From Nitrospirota bacterium (GTDB lineage Bacteria > Nitrospirota > UBA9217): 64,000 nt of DNA. The position numbers and the translations under genes were made by a program. Positions 10,035 through 19,887 of this stretch are shown here, piece by piece (the first letter of the stretch is position 1; each line of letters opens with the position of its first letter). The notes beneath the pieces were generated by a model. That model saw nothing but the letters and a program-made list of their open reading frames with translations. It was not told where the DNA came from and did no database searches. The stretch spans positions 416,001-480,000 of the forward strand of contig CAVVUN010000001.1 in NCBI GenBank assembly GCA_963751455.1, written 5' to 3'.

Positions 10035-10679
10035 CTATCGAACAATACCAAGCCGGGTCGCATCAAGAACAAGATCCGCCCTGTTTCGTGCATGAAGCTT
10101 ATTCATAAGGTTTCCGCGGTGTGTTTCTACGGTTCTGACACTTATTGACAACCGCTCGGAAATATCCATACTCGAAAGCCCGTGTACGGTCATCCTGAAT
10201 ATTTCCCGCTCCCGGGATGTCAGTGAATCATACCGCTGCCGGAGAAGACCATCGGATGCACCGAACCCCGTCGAACGATCAGATCCCTCTTTTTCTTTTG
10301 GTAACCGGCCCGCTTTTTTAAGGATCGTAAACAGGAGATGCATATCAGGAGGTTTGACGGTGAAGTCATATGCTCCGTACTTCATGGCCTCTACGGCAGT
10401 CGGAATATCCCCATAGGCAGTCATAATGACAATAGGCACCGTCCTGTCTATTTTCTTCATTTCCTTCATTGTTTCAATGCCGTTCATCAAAGGCATTTTC
10501 AGATCGAGCAGTACGACGTCGGGCCTTTCTCCGTTAAAGCATTTGATTGCTGCGAATCCGTCTCCTGCCTCCTGAATAATAAATTGCTGATCAGCCGACA
10601 AACCTGCAGTGAGACCTTCTCTGGTCAGTTGGTCATCGTCTACGATTAGCAGCTTGATAGTTTGATCGTGAATACTCAT
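10035..10679 (-). CDS. REC-LuxR HTH response regulator (FixJ/NarL type)
   Basis: LLIVDDD, LLDLKMP, KP; LTSREREI..ISVRTVETHRGNLMNKL. Confidence 0.93.
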   Translation of the reverse strand: MSIHDQTIKLLIVDDDQLTREGLTAGLSADQQFIIQEAGDGFAAIKCFNGERPDVVLLDLKMPLMNGIETMKEMKKIDRTVPIVIMTAYGDIPTAVEAMKYGAYDFTVKPPDMHLLFTILKKAGRLPKEKEGSDRSTGFGASDGLLRQRYDSLTSREREIFRMTVHGLSSMDISERLSISVRTVETHRGNLMNKLHARNRADLVLDATRLGIVR

Positions 10680-10740
10680 GGTTAAGAGGCATATTGCACT
10701 GTGCCGAACCCTGAGGACCTACCCAAGGAATGTGATCAGG

Positions 10741-13101
10741 TTAATGCGGCTGGCTGTCCAATATTTGCCTGACCTTTTTTAATAATGTCCCTGGATGAAC
10801 GGGCTTTGCAAGAAATGTAAGTCCGTGATCTGAGAGAGCCTTCGCATCAACGTGGTCTGCCGCATAACCGCTCATGATAATCGTTTTCAAATCCGGGCGG
10901 TATCGTTTAATCTCCTGGTAGACCCTCATCCCGGTCTTCCGGGGCATGACCATATCGAGGATGGCAAGATTGATTTTGTCTTTACTCTCCACAAACTTTT
11001 CCAGAGCTTCCTCTCCGTCAATTGCGGTGATCACGGTATATCCCGCTTCCAGAAGAATGGATTCGGTTCCTTCTCTGACATAGTCTTCATCTTCAGCGAT
11101 TAAAATCGTCTCCGAGCCGCCCCGATAATTATTTTGTTCTTCCAGTGCAGCCGGTGCCGCATCCGCATGCTGCAGTGGTATATATACGATAAAGGTTGTT
11201 CCTTTTGCCGGTTCGGTCTTCACATCGATATAACCGTTGTGCTGCTGAACAATTCCATATACGATTGACAATCCCAGGCCGGTCCCTTTGCCTATTTGCT
11301 TTGTGGTGAAGAACGGTTCAAATATTTTTTTTGTTGTTTCGGGGTCCATTCCGCAACCGGTGTCGGCCACCGATAGCGCCGCATACCCGCCCTGCACGCC
11401 GTAGCCGTGCGCGCTGATAAACTCTGTGTCCATCATGAATCGCTGCGTATCGATGATCAGTTCACCGCCGGCCGGCATGGCATCTCTTGCGTTTACCACG
11501 AAATTCATCAGGATTTGCTCTATCTGTCCGCTGTCCGCGTTTATTACGAGATTATCCTTCGTCAGTCTGATCTTCATGACTATGTCTTCACCGATTACCC
11601 TCGAAAGCATATCTCTGTTCTTTTGCACGAGTTCGTTCAGATCTACCGGTTTCGGGTTGAGTATCTGTTTTCGCGTGAACGTGAGCATGCTGCTGATGAG
11701 ACCGGCAGCCTTTTCGCTTGCCGTCATGATTTTTGTCGCCATTAATTCGAGGGCATCTTGTTTTCGAGAAAGACCGACCTGCAGCCGATAAGCATAGCTT
11801 ACTATGGCGGTTAGAATATTGTTGAAATCATGGGCAATTCCGCCTGTCAACCTTCCGACCGCTTCCATCTTCTGCGCATGCATAAGTTGCTGCTCGAGGC
11901 TTCGTTCAGTCGTCACATCGCGCAGCATGCCGCGGTACGCAACGATTTCACCGGCGCCATTACGCACGGCGGTAGCCGTAACCGCTATATGGAGCAGTTG
12001 TCCGTCTTTTTTTCGCATTTTGACGGGGAACTCCCTGATAAAGCCCTCGCGCTCTACAACCTGCTTATACGTGGCCCTCTCTTCCCGGTTCTCATAGAGG
12101 TCGTCCAGCATGTTGTGCGCCATCACTTCTTCTTTGCTCGAGCAACCGAAGAGCGAGACCCCAGCGGGGTTGATATCAATGATCCTGCCGTCCGGAGCCA
12201 TGATGAAAATCACATTAATCGACTCCTCGAAAAGCTCGCGGTATTTTTTTTCCGATTCGCGCACCGCGTGTTCAGCGCGCTTTCGCCCCTCGACCATTGA
12301 ATTAAAGGCCATGGACAGTCTGCCGATGTCATCCTGGGACTCGACGGGTATCGGCTGAATTTCTCTTCCGCTGCCAAGCTCCTTTACCTTCTCCGTAAGG
12401 TTCTCGAGAGGCTTCGTTATTTTTCTTACGCTGTAATAAACCACAATGACGCTGGAAATTATAAAAACAAGTGCAAGGACGCTATTACGCTTCAATATGT
12501 CCAGAATTTGACGGTTCAGACCTTCTTTTTCGAGAACCACCTTTACGTACCCTATTACCCTGTCCCTGGTCTCTGCTTTCTCGTTCTCGAGATACAGTGT
12601 CTCCTCGCCGTTGGTATATATTTTCAGGATGACGCTCTTTATTAACTCGACAGTCGATGAGGTTTCGCGTAATGATATTTCATGCAGTTTTGGACGGATC
12701 ATTGTCATCGAATCCCCGGTCAGGACCGTTCCCGACAAAGGCTTCCTGCGCTTTTTTTTATCAGCGCTATACAATAATTTCAACTCGGAATTATAAATAG
12801 CGACCTGTATGACGTCAGGCTCGGCAAGAACCCCTTCCGCGGCGTCCTTCAGCACCGTTTTGTTTTCCGCGAACACGCCCACCCGGGCGCTGTATGAAAG
12901 CATATTAAGAAGCGTTTCACCGTCTTTCGCAAGTTCTGCCCGGGTCCTGTTCGACTCATGCACTACGGAGAAAACGGTGTATGCAAGAAACAGGGTGATG
13001 ATGATGGCAATTACCGTGCTGAAAAGCCGGATACCGAGGTTCTTCTTTGGAGAAAAGAGCAGCTTGCTACTCCAATTTTTCGGCGTTTCTAATGATATCA
13101 T
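10741..13101 (-). CDS. Hybrid sensor histidine kinase (2 TM, periplasmic domain, HAMP, PAS, HisKA, HATPase, REC)
   Basis: [35 protein letters not shown] motifs and a C-terminal receiver domain. Confidence 0.95.
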   Translation of the reverse strand: MISLETPKNWSSKLLFSPKKNLGIRLFSTVIAIIITLFLAYTVFSVVHESNRTRAELAKDGETLLNMLSYSARVGVFAENKTVLKDAAEGVLAEPDVIQVAIYNSELKLLYSADKKKRRKPLSGTVLTGDSMTMIRPKLHEISLRETSSTVELIKSVILKIYTNGEETLYLENEKAETRDRVIGYVKVVLEKEGLNRQILDILKRNSVLALVFIISSVIVVYYSVRKITKPLENLTEKVKELGSGREIQPIPVESQDDIGRLSMAFNSMVEGRKRAEHAVRESEKKYRELFEESINVIFIMAPDGRIIDINPAGVSLFGCSSKEEVMAHNMLDDLYENREERATYKQVVEREGFIREFPVKMRKKDGQLLHIAVTATAVRNGAGEIVAYRGMLRDVTTERSLEQQLMHAQKMEAVGRLTGGIAHDFNNILTAIVSYAYRLQVGLSRKQDALELMATKIMTASEKAAGLISSMLTFTRKQILNPKPVDLNELVQKNRDMLSRVIGEDIVMKIRLTKDNLVINADSGQIEQILMNFVVNARDAMPAGGELIIDTQRFMMDTEFISAHGYGVQGGYAALSVADTGCGMDPETTKKIFEPFFTTKQIGKGTGLGLSIVYGIVQQHNGYIDVKTEPAKGTTFIVYIPLQHADAAPAALEEQNNYRGGSETILIAEDEDYVREGTESILLEAGYTVITAIDGEEALEKFVESKDKINLAILDMVMPRKTGMRVYQEIKRYRPDLKTIIMSGYAADHVDAKALSDHGLTFLAKPVHPGTLLKKVRQILDSQPH

Positions 13102-13984
13102 TATTGAATTTTATCCCTATTTTTGAAGCTATTTTCATATTTACTGTAAGGCGGCGGGCTTCCGCATACGTTTCAAAAGGCTGTCTTTCCCCTTTTGACA
13201 GTTGTCGGGCTATTTCCGCGGCCTTTTGTCCCATGGAGAATGGATCTATGCTCAAGGCGGCTGCGGCCCCTAACTCAACGTATTTACGGGAAAAAGAGAA
13301 TATCGGCAGATTATTCTGGAAAGAAAAGAGCATCAGATAATTGATTGTATCGGCATTCAGAACGGTCGTATCAGGCAGCATCCAGAATACGTCTATCTGG
13401 TTTCGCATTTCGTCCAGTAACTCAGGCACCTGTTGAGCATTACGGACAGTCTTGATTACGAGAACGACACCGAGCGGGCGGGCAACAGCGGCGGCTTCTT
13501 CTGCAAAGTGACCTGTCTGCCGAGGGTCGGAGAGCAGGCCGATCCGGCGGACCCCGGGGAAGAGATTGATGATGGTGCCAAGGGATTCGCGCGGTGAAAC
13601 ATCCATGCTTACGCCGTATGTATTCTGCATTGATAATCCGGCAAGTTCGGACGGCATCACCATGGAATAAATCACCGGAATGTCTTTAATGGTCCTGGCT
13701 TTTCTGAATGCCTTCGTTCCTACCGCGAAAACAGCGTCAGGCCGGTTTTTAGCCACCTTCTCGATCACTCCGTTTGCCAGCTCCAGTTCCTTCACGCTGC
13801 AGTTGCAAACACTTTTAAACCCTTCAATTGCATTACTGTATGGTTTGATTTCGGATTCTCTTATGACGACAACTTCGGTAGCGTAAACAGGGAAAGCGGA
13901 CAGGAATGAGTATAAGAATATCAGCCCTGAGAGCAGGAGAAAAAACCAATTTATATGATTGTTTTTTTTCGTTTCGTTCTTCAT
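13067..13984 (-). CDS. Periplasmic ABC-type substrate-binding protein (sensor partner)
   Basis: Signal peptide; PDAVFAVG, RRIGLL, DVFWMLPD, YVELGA and LTVNMKIA pattern; overlaps the kinase start; no permease nearby. Confidence 0.85.
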   Translation of the reverse strand: MKNETKKNNHINWFFLLLSGLIFLYSFLSAFPVYATEVVVIRESEIKPYSNAIEGFKSVCNCSVKELELANGVIEKVAKNRPDAVFAVGTKAFRKARTIKDIPVIYSMVMPSELAGLSMQNTYGVSMDVSPRESLGTIINLFPGVRRIGLLSDPRQTGHFAEEAAAVARPLGVVLVIKTVRNAQQVPELLDEMRNQIDVFWMLPDTTVLNADTINYLMLFSFQNNLPIFSFSRKYVELGAAAALSIDPFSMGQKAAEIARQLSKGERQPFETYAEARRLTVNMKIASKIGIKFNNDIIRNAEKLE

Positions 13985-14001
13985 GGAGCACGCTGACTAT
14001 T

Positions 14002-15294
14002 TTAGAGACTGTTATATCGGATATCCTGCAGGATGAACGATTGCAGCGCCTTATCGAAATACTGTTTTCTGCAATCCAGCCCCGAAAGAGAGCCTTCCCG
14101 CAGCAGATTCATATATTTACATCCTCCGAAACAAAGAGGCAGATAGCAGCAATCAAGGCACTCATCGTTCTTCCAGTTGGCGAGAACGTGAGATTCGCGG
14201 TAATCGGTCAGCCCGCTCTTAACATCACCAACACAGAAGTCCATTCTTCCGATCAATCCCGGACACTTATAGAAACTGCCGTCATAATGCACGATAATAC
14301 TGTCCTGGATCTCGATAACGCAGGGAGCAGGAGCGACGCTGGAGGTATGGTATCCTCTCTGCAATATCTCTTGCCGGAGATATACGGCCGCGTCGATGAG
14401 CCAGGGTTCGTCCGTGCAATTGCACCCTTCGCTGAAATCAGGCATGGCAAACTCGCTTCTGTCATTCAGGACCGGGTCGAATTTAACTGTGTGAATCTTT
14501 TCAGAGGTGAGCCCGATATGTGCGAGGTAGTCGAGAAGCTCCGGAAATTCACGAAAATGCTCTTTTGTGTAATTCCCGCCGACGCGTACTTGCAGCGACT
14601 CGCACACTTCCCTTATATTCTGCACGATAACATTAAAGGAGCCCTTGCCCGACTTGAAAGGCCGGTACATATTATGGATGCGTTCCGGACCGTCAAGGGT
14701 AATCTTGGCGCTTTCAAGGCCGAGTGGCTTTAACCGCTCAACGATTTTCGATGTCAGGAAGGTCCCGTTAGTCACAAGGGAAAAGCTGTATTTCAAGCCT
14801 TTGCTTTCAGCGAAATTCCCGATTTTTTTAGAAATATCCGCAATGCGCTCCGTACTCAAGAGCGGTTCTCCGCCATAAAAAGTAATCTTCAGCTCTTGCT
14901 TGTTGGAATAATTCCTGCTCTTCACAAAAGATATGAATTGGTCTGCTGTTTCGTCGGATAGATAAAATTTCCCTTTCCTTGTTCCCTCGAAACAATAAGT
15001 GCATCCCAGGTTGCAATCGAGGTTCAGGACAAGAGTGAATTTGAACGTTCTGTTGAGGGCGTTCAACTTCTGCACGTAGTCGAGCATCTCCCGCTTTTCA
15101 TTTTCGCCATTGTTGACGATAAGGTCAAGCTCCAAGAGTGTCTCCTTCTCTTCCACGGACAAGCTGCCTTTTTTAACGTCTTCAATTAAAGCGGAAGGCA
15201 CAAGAACAGCGGACGTCTTTTTTGTGGAAAAAAGAACGACAGAGTCACGCTCTTCGGCGCAGGGGTACGTTTTGGAATAGCGAGATAATTTCAT
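14002..15294 (-). CDS. Radical SAM/SPASM peptide maturase (geopeptide type)
   Basis: CNLGCTYC, FYGGEPLL and TLDGP motifs; SPASM cysteines PAPC..YKC..CLDCCYLPLCFGGC..C; directly downstream of a short Cys peptide. Confidence 0.92.
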   Translation of the reverse strand: MKLSRYSKTYPCAEERDSVVLFSTKKTSAVLVPSALIEDVKKGSLSVEEKETLLELDLIVNNGENEKREMLDYVQKLNALNRTFKFTLVLNLDCNLGCTYCFEGTRKGKFYLSDETADQFISFVKSRNYSNKQELKITFYGGEPLLSTERIADISKKIGNFAESKGLKYSFSLVTNGTFLTSKIVERLKPLGLESAKITLDGPERIHNMYRPFKSGKGSFNVIVQNIREVCESLQVRVGGNYTKEHFREFPELLDYLAHIGLTSEKIHTVKFDPVLNDRSEFAMPDFSEGCNCTDEPWLIDAAVYLRQEILQRGYHTSSVAPAPCVIEIQDSIIVHYDGSFYKCPGLIGRMDFCVGDVKSGLTDYRESHVLANWKNDECLDCCYLPLCFGGCKYMNLLREGSLSGLDCRKQYFDKALQSFILQDIRYNSL

Positions 15295-15313
15295 ATTTAT
15301 CGGCAGAAAGAAG

Positions 15314-15338
15314 GAGGGAGAGCAATCCGCTCTCCCTC
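15314..15338 (-). terminator. Stem-loop between the peptide gene and the maturase gene
   Basis: Perfect 10-bp stem gagggagagc-aatcc-gctctccctc, followed on the minus strand by cttctttc. Confidence 0.6.
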
Positions 15339-15353
15339 AAAGGGGGCTAAACG

Positions 15354-15446
15354 CTACCAATAAATTAATCCACCCCAGCAGCAGGGCCATTCAGATGCAA
15401 AGGATTCATCGATGCCCTTTTTCAAGACCACGATGCGCTTCTTCAT
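15354..15446 (-). CDS. RiPP precursor peptide (geopeptide-like), 30 aa
   Basis: Not in the ORF track: MKKRIVVLKKGIDESFASEWPCCWGGLIYW*; AAGGAGGG SD; lies between the TonB receptor and the rSAM gene. Confidence 0.88.
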   Translation of the reverse strand: MKKRIVVLKKGIDESFASEWPCCWGGLIYW

Positions 15447-15495
15447 GTCAGTTTACCCTCCTTCGTGAATTTGACTGCTATAAAGCCGAGTATGT

Positions 15496-17313
15496 TTAAA
15501 ATGTATAGCGTATTCCTGCTTCAACCCAGCGTTCCGGATTCTGGTACGCTTCAGCAAAATATTGTGACCCGTTAAAGATATTATGTATATCCACAAAGAT
15601 CGCGAGGACTTGGTCATCATGGGTATAAAAATCATTCATCACATGGAGGTCCGTAATGAACGCATTGTATTTTCCCATGAAGAAAGGATCGGAATTCCAG
15701 TAAATATAGTGGCCCTTAAGCAGAACCTTGAGAGCTTTTTCATCGTCGTATTGAAGCCCCAGATCGTAGGTTCGCTGTGGGACATTGGGCACGGTGCCGC
15801 CGGTATTAAGATCTTTTGTATTGATAAAAGCCGCTCCTGCGGAAAGAGAAGTGTGATATGCAGGCGCGGTTTTCAATTCGATTTCCATCCCTTGTCGCCT
15901 TTGCTTTTCACTGTTTACGGGGAGGGCGCCTGTAATAGCATCCCTTATTTCGTGCCTGAACCCGGAGAACTTCAGCCAGAAGTATTTCGAGGCGGCGGTT
16001 TCGGCCCCCACCTCATAAGAGGAGACCTTCTCCATCTTCAAATCAGGATTTGCGTTAGTAGCCGAGAGAGGCGGAATATTGAAACCCCGGGCAGAATACG
16101 CCCTCAACACAGTTGAGTCAGCCAGTTTGTAAGTTATGCCAAAACTCGGACTGGTAAAGTCTCCATTCGAGTTCGTATGGTCCCTGCGGATTCCGGGTGT
16201 AGCGGATAACCTGCCGAATGACATGGTATCATTGATAAAAAACGCTGATTTTGTTAATTTCTGCTCTCCGCTGGTCAGCGTATTCGACTCCATGGTCCTG
16301 GTATCAGAATCGACGCCTGTTACAACATTATGCAGTGCATTTTTCCAGAAGAGCTTTGCGGTGGATCCGTAACCGGAATCTTCGAAGTTCTGTTGCATAA
16401 GCTGTGAACCGGACGTAAGCTGGAAATAAAAAAAATCGTAGGTCTGGTGTAAGCGCCATAAAGAAAGGTTAATGGAAGTCTGTTCATTTAGTGTCGAATT
16501 CATTGAAACTGCCGTTGACAATCTCTCAAATTTATCATTTCTATACATATTTCGCGACAGATCCTCAAACTCCCCTCTTGAAAGATTGTCATACCCGACA
16601 GTGAAAAGGGCGCTGGTATTCTTTGAAAGATCGTAGCTGAGCTTTGCATAGGTATTTTTGCCCGAGAAATCATTATGAGGCTTGAAACCGTCCGTCTGAA
16701 GCCTGCCTGCATTCACATAGTATCCGAAGCCTCCCTGCCTGCCGGACGTTTCGGCGCGAATGTCGCCGGTGTTCCTCTTGCCGTACGAGAGGGATGTGGT
16801 TGTTTTCGGCGCCTGGTCGCTTGCAGATTTTGTAATAATGTTGATAACGCCTCCAAGGGCCGACCCCCACGCTGAAGATGCAGGTCCCTTGATGATCTCT
16901 ATTTTTTCTACATACTGGACAGGAAAAGATGCTACGTCAGAAACATTATTAGAAAGATTGTTCAATGGGATTCCGTCCATGAACACGGAAACATGCCGGC
17001 TGTTGAACCCCTGGATCGAGGCCTGTGAAACACTCCCCGGGCCTCCTGTCATCAATACCTGAACGCCGGTGATTGAATTCAACACATCGGCCGGAGTATG
17101 AGCATTCATAAGCTCAATGTCCGAAGCCGTGATCACCGTTACGTTCTCCGCCACCTGAGATACCGGTTTTGGACTCCGGGAAGGAGAAACTACGACAAGT
17201 TCTTCTTCTTTGAAATACAGCAGAAGAAAACTTCTTTCCTCATCAGGTTGGGTAAAGGCGGTTGATATTGATAATGCACTAAAAAGTGCAACACCCGTTA
17301 AAATCTTATACAC
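15496..17313 (-). CDS. TonB-dependent receptor
   Basis: Signal peptide; plug motifs VTVITASDI and VEKIEIIKGPASSAWGSALGGVINIITK; C-terminal ...GIRYTF. Confidence 0.93.
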   Translation of the reverse strand: MYKILTGVALFSALSISTAFTQPDEERSFLLLYFKEEELVVVSPSRSPKPVSQVAENVTVITASDIELMNAHTPADVLNSITGVQVLMTGGPGSVSQASIQGFNSRHVSVFMDGIPLNNLSNNVSDVASFPVQYVEKIEIIKGPASSAWGSALGGVINIITKSASDQAPKTTTSLSYGKRNTGDIRAETSGRQGGFGYYVNAGRLQTDGFKPHNDFSGKNTYAKLSYDLSKNTSALFTVGYDNLSRGEFEDLSRNMYRNDKFERLSTAVSMNSTLNEQTSINLSLWRLHQTYDFFYFQLTSGSQLMQQNFEDSGYGSTAKLFWKNALHNVVTGVDSDTRTMESNTLTSGEQKLTKSAFFINDTMSFGRLSATPGIRRDHTNSNGDFTSPSFGITYKLADSTVLRAYSARGFNIPPLSATNANPDLKMEKVSSYEVGAETAASKYFWLKFSGFRHEIRDAITGALPVNSEKQRRQGMEIELKTAPAYHTSLSAGAAFINTKDLNTGGTVPNVPQRTYDLGLQYDDEKALKVLLKGHYIYWNSDPFFMGKYNAFITDLHVMNDFYTHDDQVLAIFVDIHNIFNGSQYFAEAYQNPERWVEAGIRYTF

Positions 17314-17564
17314 GATATCCGGGTCCTTTCTATATTTATTTTCTTAAAAAAGAGTTATTTCTGATAATAAAGTATTAGACAAAGAGGTATACTTTTAAAC
17401 TATATCATAACCGCTAAAAATTGCAAAAATAAAAAACAATAATTTTAAGCTTTAACCGAAAGTAGAGAGGGGTCGTATATGAAGGTTTTTATTGATTAAA
17501 TTGGCAGCGCTACCTAATTAATCAATAATTACAATAAGATATTGTATTTATTAGGAATAACGGG

Positions 17565-18902
17565 TTATTTCCCGCCAATGGAAAGTTCTTTAATAAGAAG
17601 TGAGGGACTGCCGATCCTGCCTGAGAAGCGGATATCGGAGCCGACAGTATCCACGTTCATCATGAGGTCCAGGATGTTTCCTGCGATTGTGACCTCGCGT
17701 ACCGGATACGCTTTTTTACCATTCTCTATCCAGAAACCGGTTGCGCCGATAGAAAAGTCTCCGGATATCGGGTTTGCCGTATGCATACCCATGACATCGA
17801 TGACATAGAGGCCTTTGCCCGCCCGCTTCATCAGGTTTTCAACCGTCGTGGTTCCGGGCTCTATATACAGGTTCGTTATGCCCACGCCCGGAACGCCCTT
17901 GAATCCGCCCCGCATACCGTTCCCGGTGGACACTGTTTTGTCCTTGTTTGCGGTATACATGTTATGAAGGAACATTGAGAGAACGCCCTGATCGATGACT
18001 TTTTTCTTTTGCACAGGCACTGTCTCGTCATCCGAAGGCGCCGTTCCAAGTCCGCCTTCAAGCAAACCATCATCGTATACAGTTACCGCCGAGGAAACAA
18101 TCTGTTGGCCGAGCTTTCCGATCAGCAGCGATTTTCTTTTTTGAACGTTCTCGGCCGAAAACCCGCTGGCTATCATGGCAAGAAATTCCTGCGCGACGAT
18201 CGAATCAAGTATCACGGGAGCCTTCGTCGAATCGATATGCCTGGCGCCGAGCAGCTCTACTGCGCGCCGGGCAGCCTTGCGGCCGACCTGCTCGATCTCA
18301 AGCTTCCCGTAAAACCGGTTCACATCGAACTCGGATCCCGCTTGAGACTCGCCCTTATCTTCCGCGACGACCTCGATGCTCGATGAACAGGCGGTGCTTT
18401 CGTACTCCACCTCTGCGCCGTTCGTGTTCACGATGATTGTCCGGGCTGCGGAGAAACTTGCCGATGCTTTCCGTATCCGTTTTATCCTGTGGTCGACGGC
18501 AAAAGCCTCGCGTTCCATCGACATGACACGCTCTATTTTTTCCCGCTCGCCCAAGCGAACCAATTCGGGATCATAGACAGATACTGTCCGATACGGCGAC
18601 AGGGATTTTGGTGCGAGCGCCTGCCAGGGATCGAGCTCGGCGTTCTCAGCGTTTGTTATCGCCGAGCGTACAAATGTCGTAACCGCCTTGTCGGTAAAAT
18701 CGGTGGCAAAAGCGAAACCCGCGCGGCCGTTAACGAACACCCTGAGACCGGCGCCGATATCCTGAGCGCGGTCGAACGCGTCTACCTTCTGCTCTTTTAT
18801 TTCGACAGTCGTGGAAGAAAAAGATCGAAGGAAGACGTCGGCTTTATCAACGTTCGAATTTCTGCACAGGTCGAGTATTTTTACTGCCGTCTTTCTGTGC
18901 AT
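17565..18902 (-). CDS. pmbA: PmbA/TldE family protein
   Basis: GAGLRVF, DDETVP, STGNG, NPISGDFS, EVTIAGN and GSPSLLI motifs. Confidence 0.9.
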   Translation of the reverse strand: MHRKTAVKILDLCRNSNVDKADVFLRSFSSTTVEIKEQKVDAFDRAQDIGAGLRVFVNGRAGFAFATDFTDKAVTTFVRSAITNAENAELDPWQALAPKSLSPYRTVSVYDPELVRLGEREKIERVMSMEREAFAVDHRIKRIRKASASFSAARTIIVNTNGAEVEYESTACSSSIEVVAEDKGESQAGSEFDVNRFYGKLEIEQVGRKAARRAVELLGARHIDSTKAPVILDSIVAQEFLAMIASGFSAENVQKRKSLLIGKLGQQIVSSAVTVYDDGLLEGGLGTAPSDDETVPVQKKKVIDQGVLSMFLHNMYTANKDKTVSTGNGMRGGFKGVPGVGITNLYIEPGTTTVENLMKRAGKGLYVIDVMGMHTANPISGDFSIGATGFWIENGKKAYPVREVTIAGNILDLMMNVDTVGSDIRFSGRIGSPSLLIKELSIGGK

Positions 18903-18938
18903 CTGGCCCACTCTCACGTGAAGACGGAAATCAAACAA

Positions 18939-19307
18939 TTAATCGAAATAGCTGGCGGAGGCGGTATCCGATTCCCACACGGTAACACTGCTGACTTCAA
19001 GGTTTTCATCGTTGATTTTCTTTGCCATGGTGTCATAGATCCATTTTGCCAGGTTCTCGGACGAAGGATTGATTTGGGTGAAAGGAAATATATCGTTCAA
19101 AAAGGTATGCTCGAGCTGGTCAAGCACTTCCCTGAGATATTTTTTCAGGTCCTGAAAATCAACCGCAAGCCCCTGCTCGTTCAGCCGTTCGGCCGTCACC
19201 GCCATGGTTACGCGCCAGTTATGGCCGTGGAGCCGTTCACATTTGCCACGATAGCCGCGCAGCTGATGCGCAGCAGCGAATTTGGATTCGATCATGAGTT
19301 CGTACAT
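18939..19307 (-). CDS. queD: 6-carboxytetrahydropterin synthase
   Basis: FAAAHQL..CERLHGHNW..NPSSENLA..VWES. Confidence 0.95.
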   Translation of the reverse strand: MYELMIESKFAAAHQLRGYRGKCERLHGHNWRVTMAVTAERLNEQGLAVDFQDLKKYLREVLDQLEHTFLNDIFPFTQINPSSENLAKWIYDTMAKKINDENLEVSSVTVWESDTASASYFD

Positions 19308-19316
19308 GATGGAAAA

Positions 19317-19388
19317 AATATATGGCATACACCGGTAAAAGTCAATACATAAAAAAATCTTGCAAAAGCCGATAAATTAATATATCAT
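19317..19388. promoter_or_regulatory. Back-to-back sigma70-type promoters for queD and the hfq-like operon
   Basis: Minus strand: TTGACT(19345-40)-17-TATATT(19322-17). Plus strand: TTGCAA(19360-65)-17-TATCAT(19383-88). Confidence 0.6.
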
Positions 19389-19396
19389 TTTAGGTA

Positions 19397-19879
19397 ATGG
19401 AAGTAATGAAAGAAGAGTCGTCCAGGGCATCTATCGAGCAGCAGTTCCTGTCGCAGGCCCAGACAAGCGGTGTTAACGTTTTTATCGGCCAGATGAATAA
19501 GACCGAGCATCAGGGAACTATCCGGGATATCGGCCGGTACGAAATCAATATCGAAGAAAACGGCAGGATCGTGACCATTCTGAAGCAGGAAATTTCCTAC
19601 CTCTCCGTTTTCCAGCCCCTCCTCACGGTTGCTCCCGTGTCGACAGCCCAGAATACGGCGGAAGAACCCTCTGATACGGCCACCACCGGAAGGCCGAACA
19701 TCCAGCAGGAATTTCTGGACAAAGCGATCAGGGAAAATCAGCAGCTCACGTTCTTCCTCATAAACGCCCAGCGAATAAAAGCCACCATCGAGGCATACGA
19801 CAGTTTTACCATTCTGCTCAAAGAAGGCGGCAGACAGCATTTATATTATAAACATTCGATCACGACGATCAATCGTTGA
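19397..19879 (+). CDS. Hfq-like protein with two tandem Sm domains
   Basis: C-terminal domain NIQQEFL..FFLINAQRIKATIEAYDSFTILL..QHLYYKHSITTI; divergent N-terminal domain SIEQQFL..GTIRDIGRYEINI..ILKQEISYL. Confidence 0.8.
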   Translation: MEVMKEESSRASIEQQFLSQAQTSGVNVFIGQMNKTEHQGTIRDIGRYEINIEENGRIVTILKQEISYLSVFQPLLTVAPVSTAQNTAEEPSDTATTGRPNIQQEFLDKAIRENQQLTFFLINAQRIKATIEAYDSFTILLKEGGRQHLYYKHSITTINR

Positions 19880-19887
19880 GGTGAACG

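Noticed and set aside
17565-18902. PmbA/TldE as the leader peptidase of the RiPP cluster
   Set aside because: It is separated by a 250-bp AT-rich promoter-like region, follows queD, and has no TldD partner here; most likely a housekeeping neighbour.
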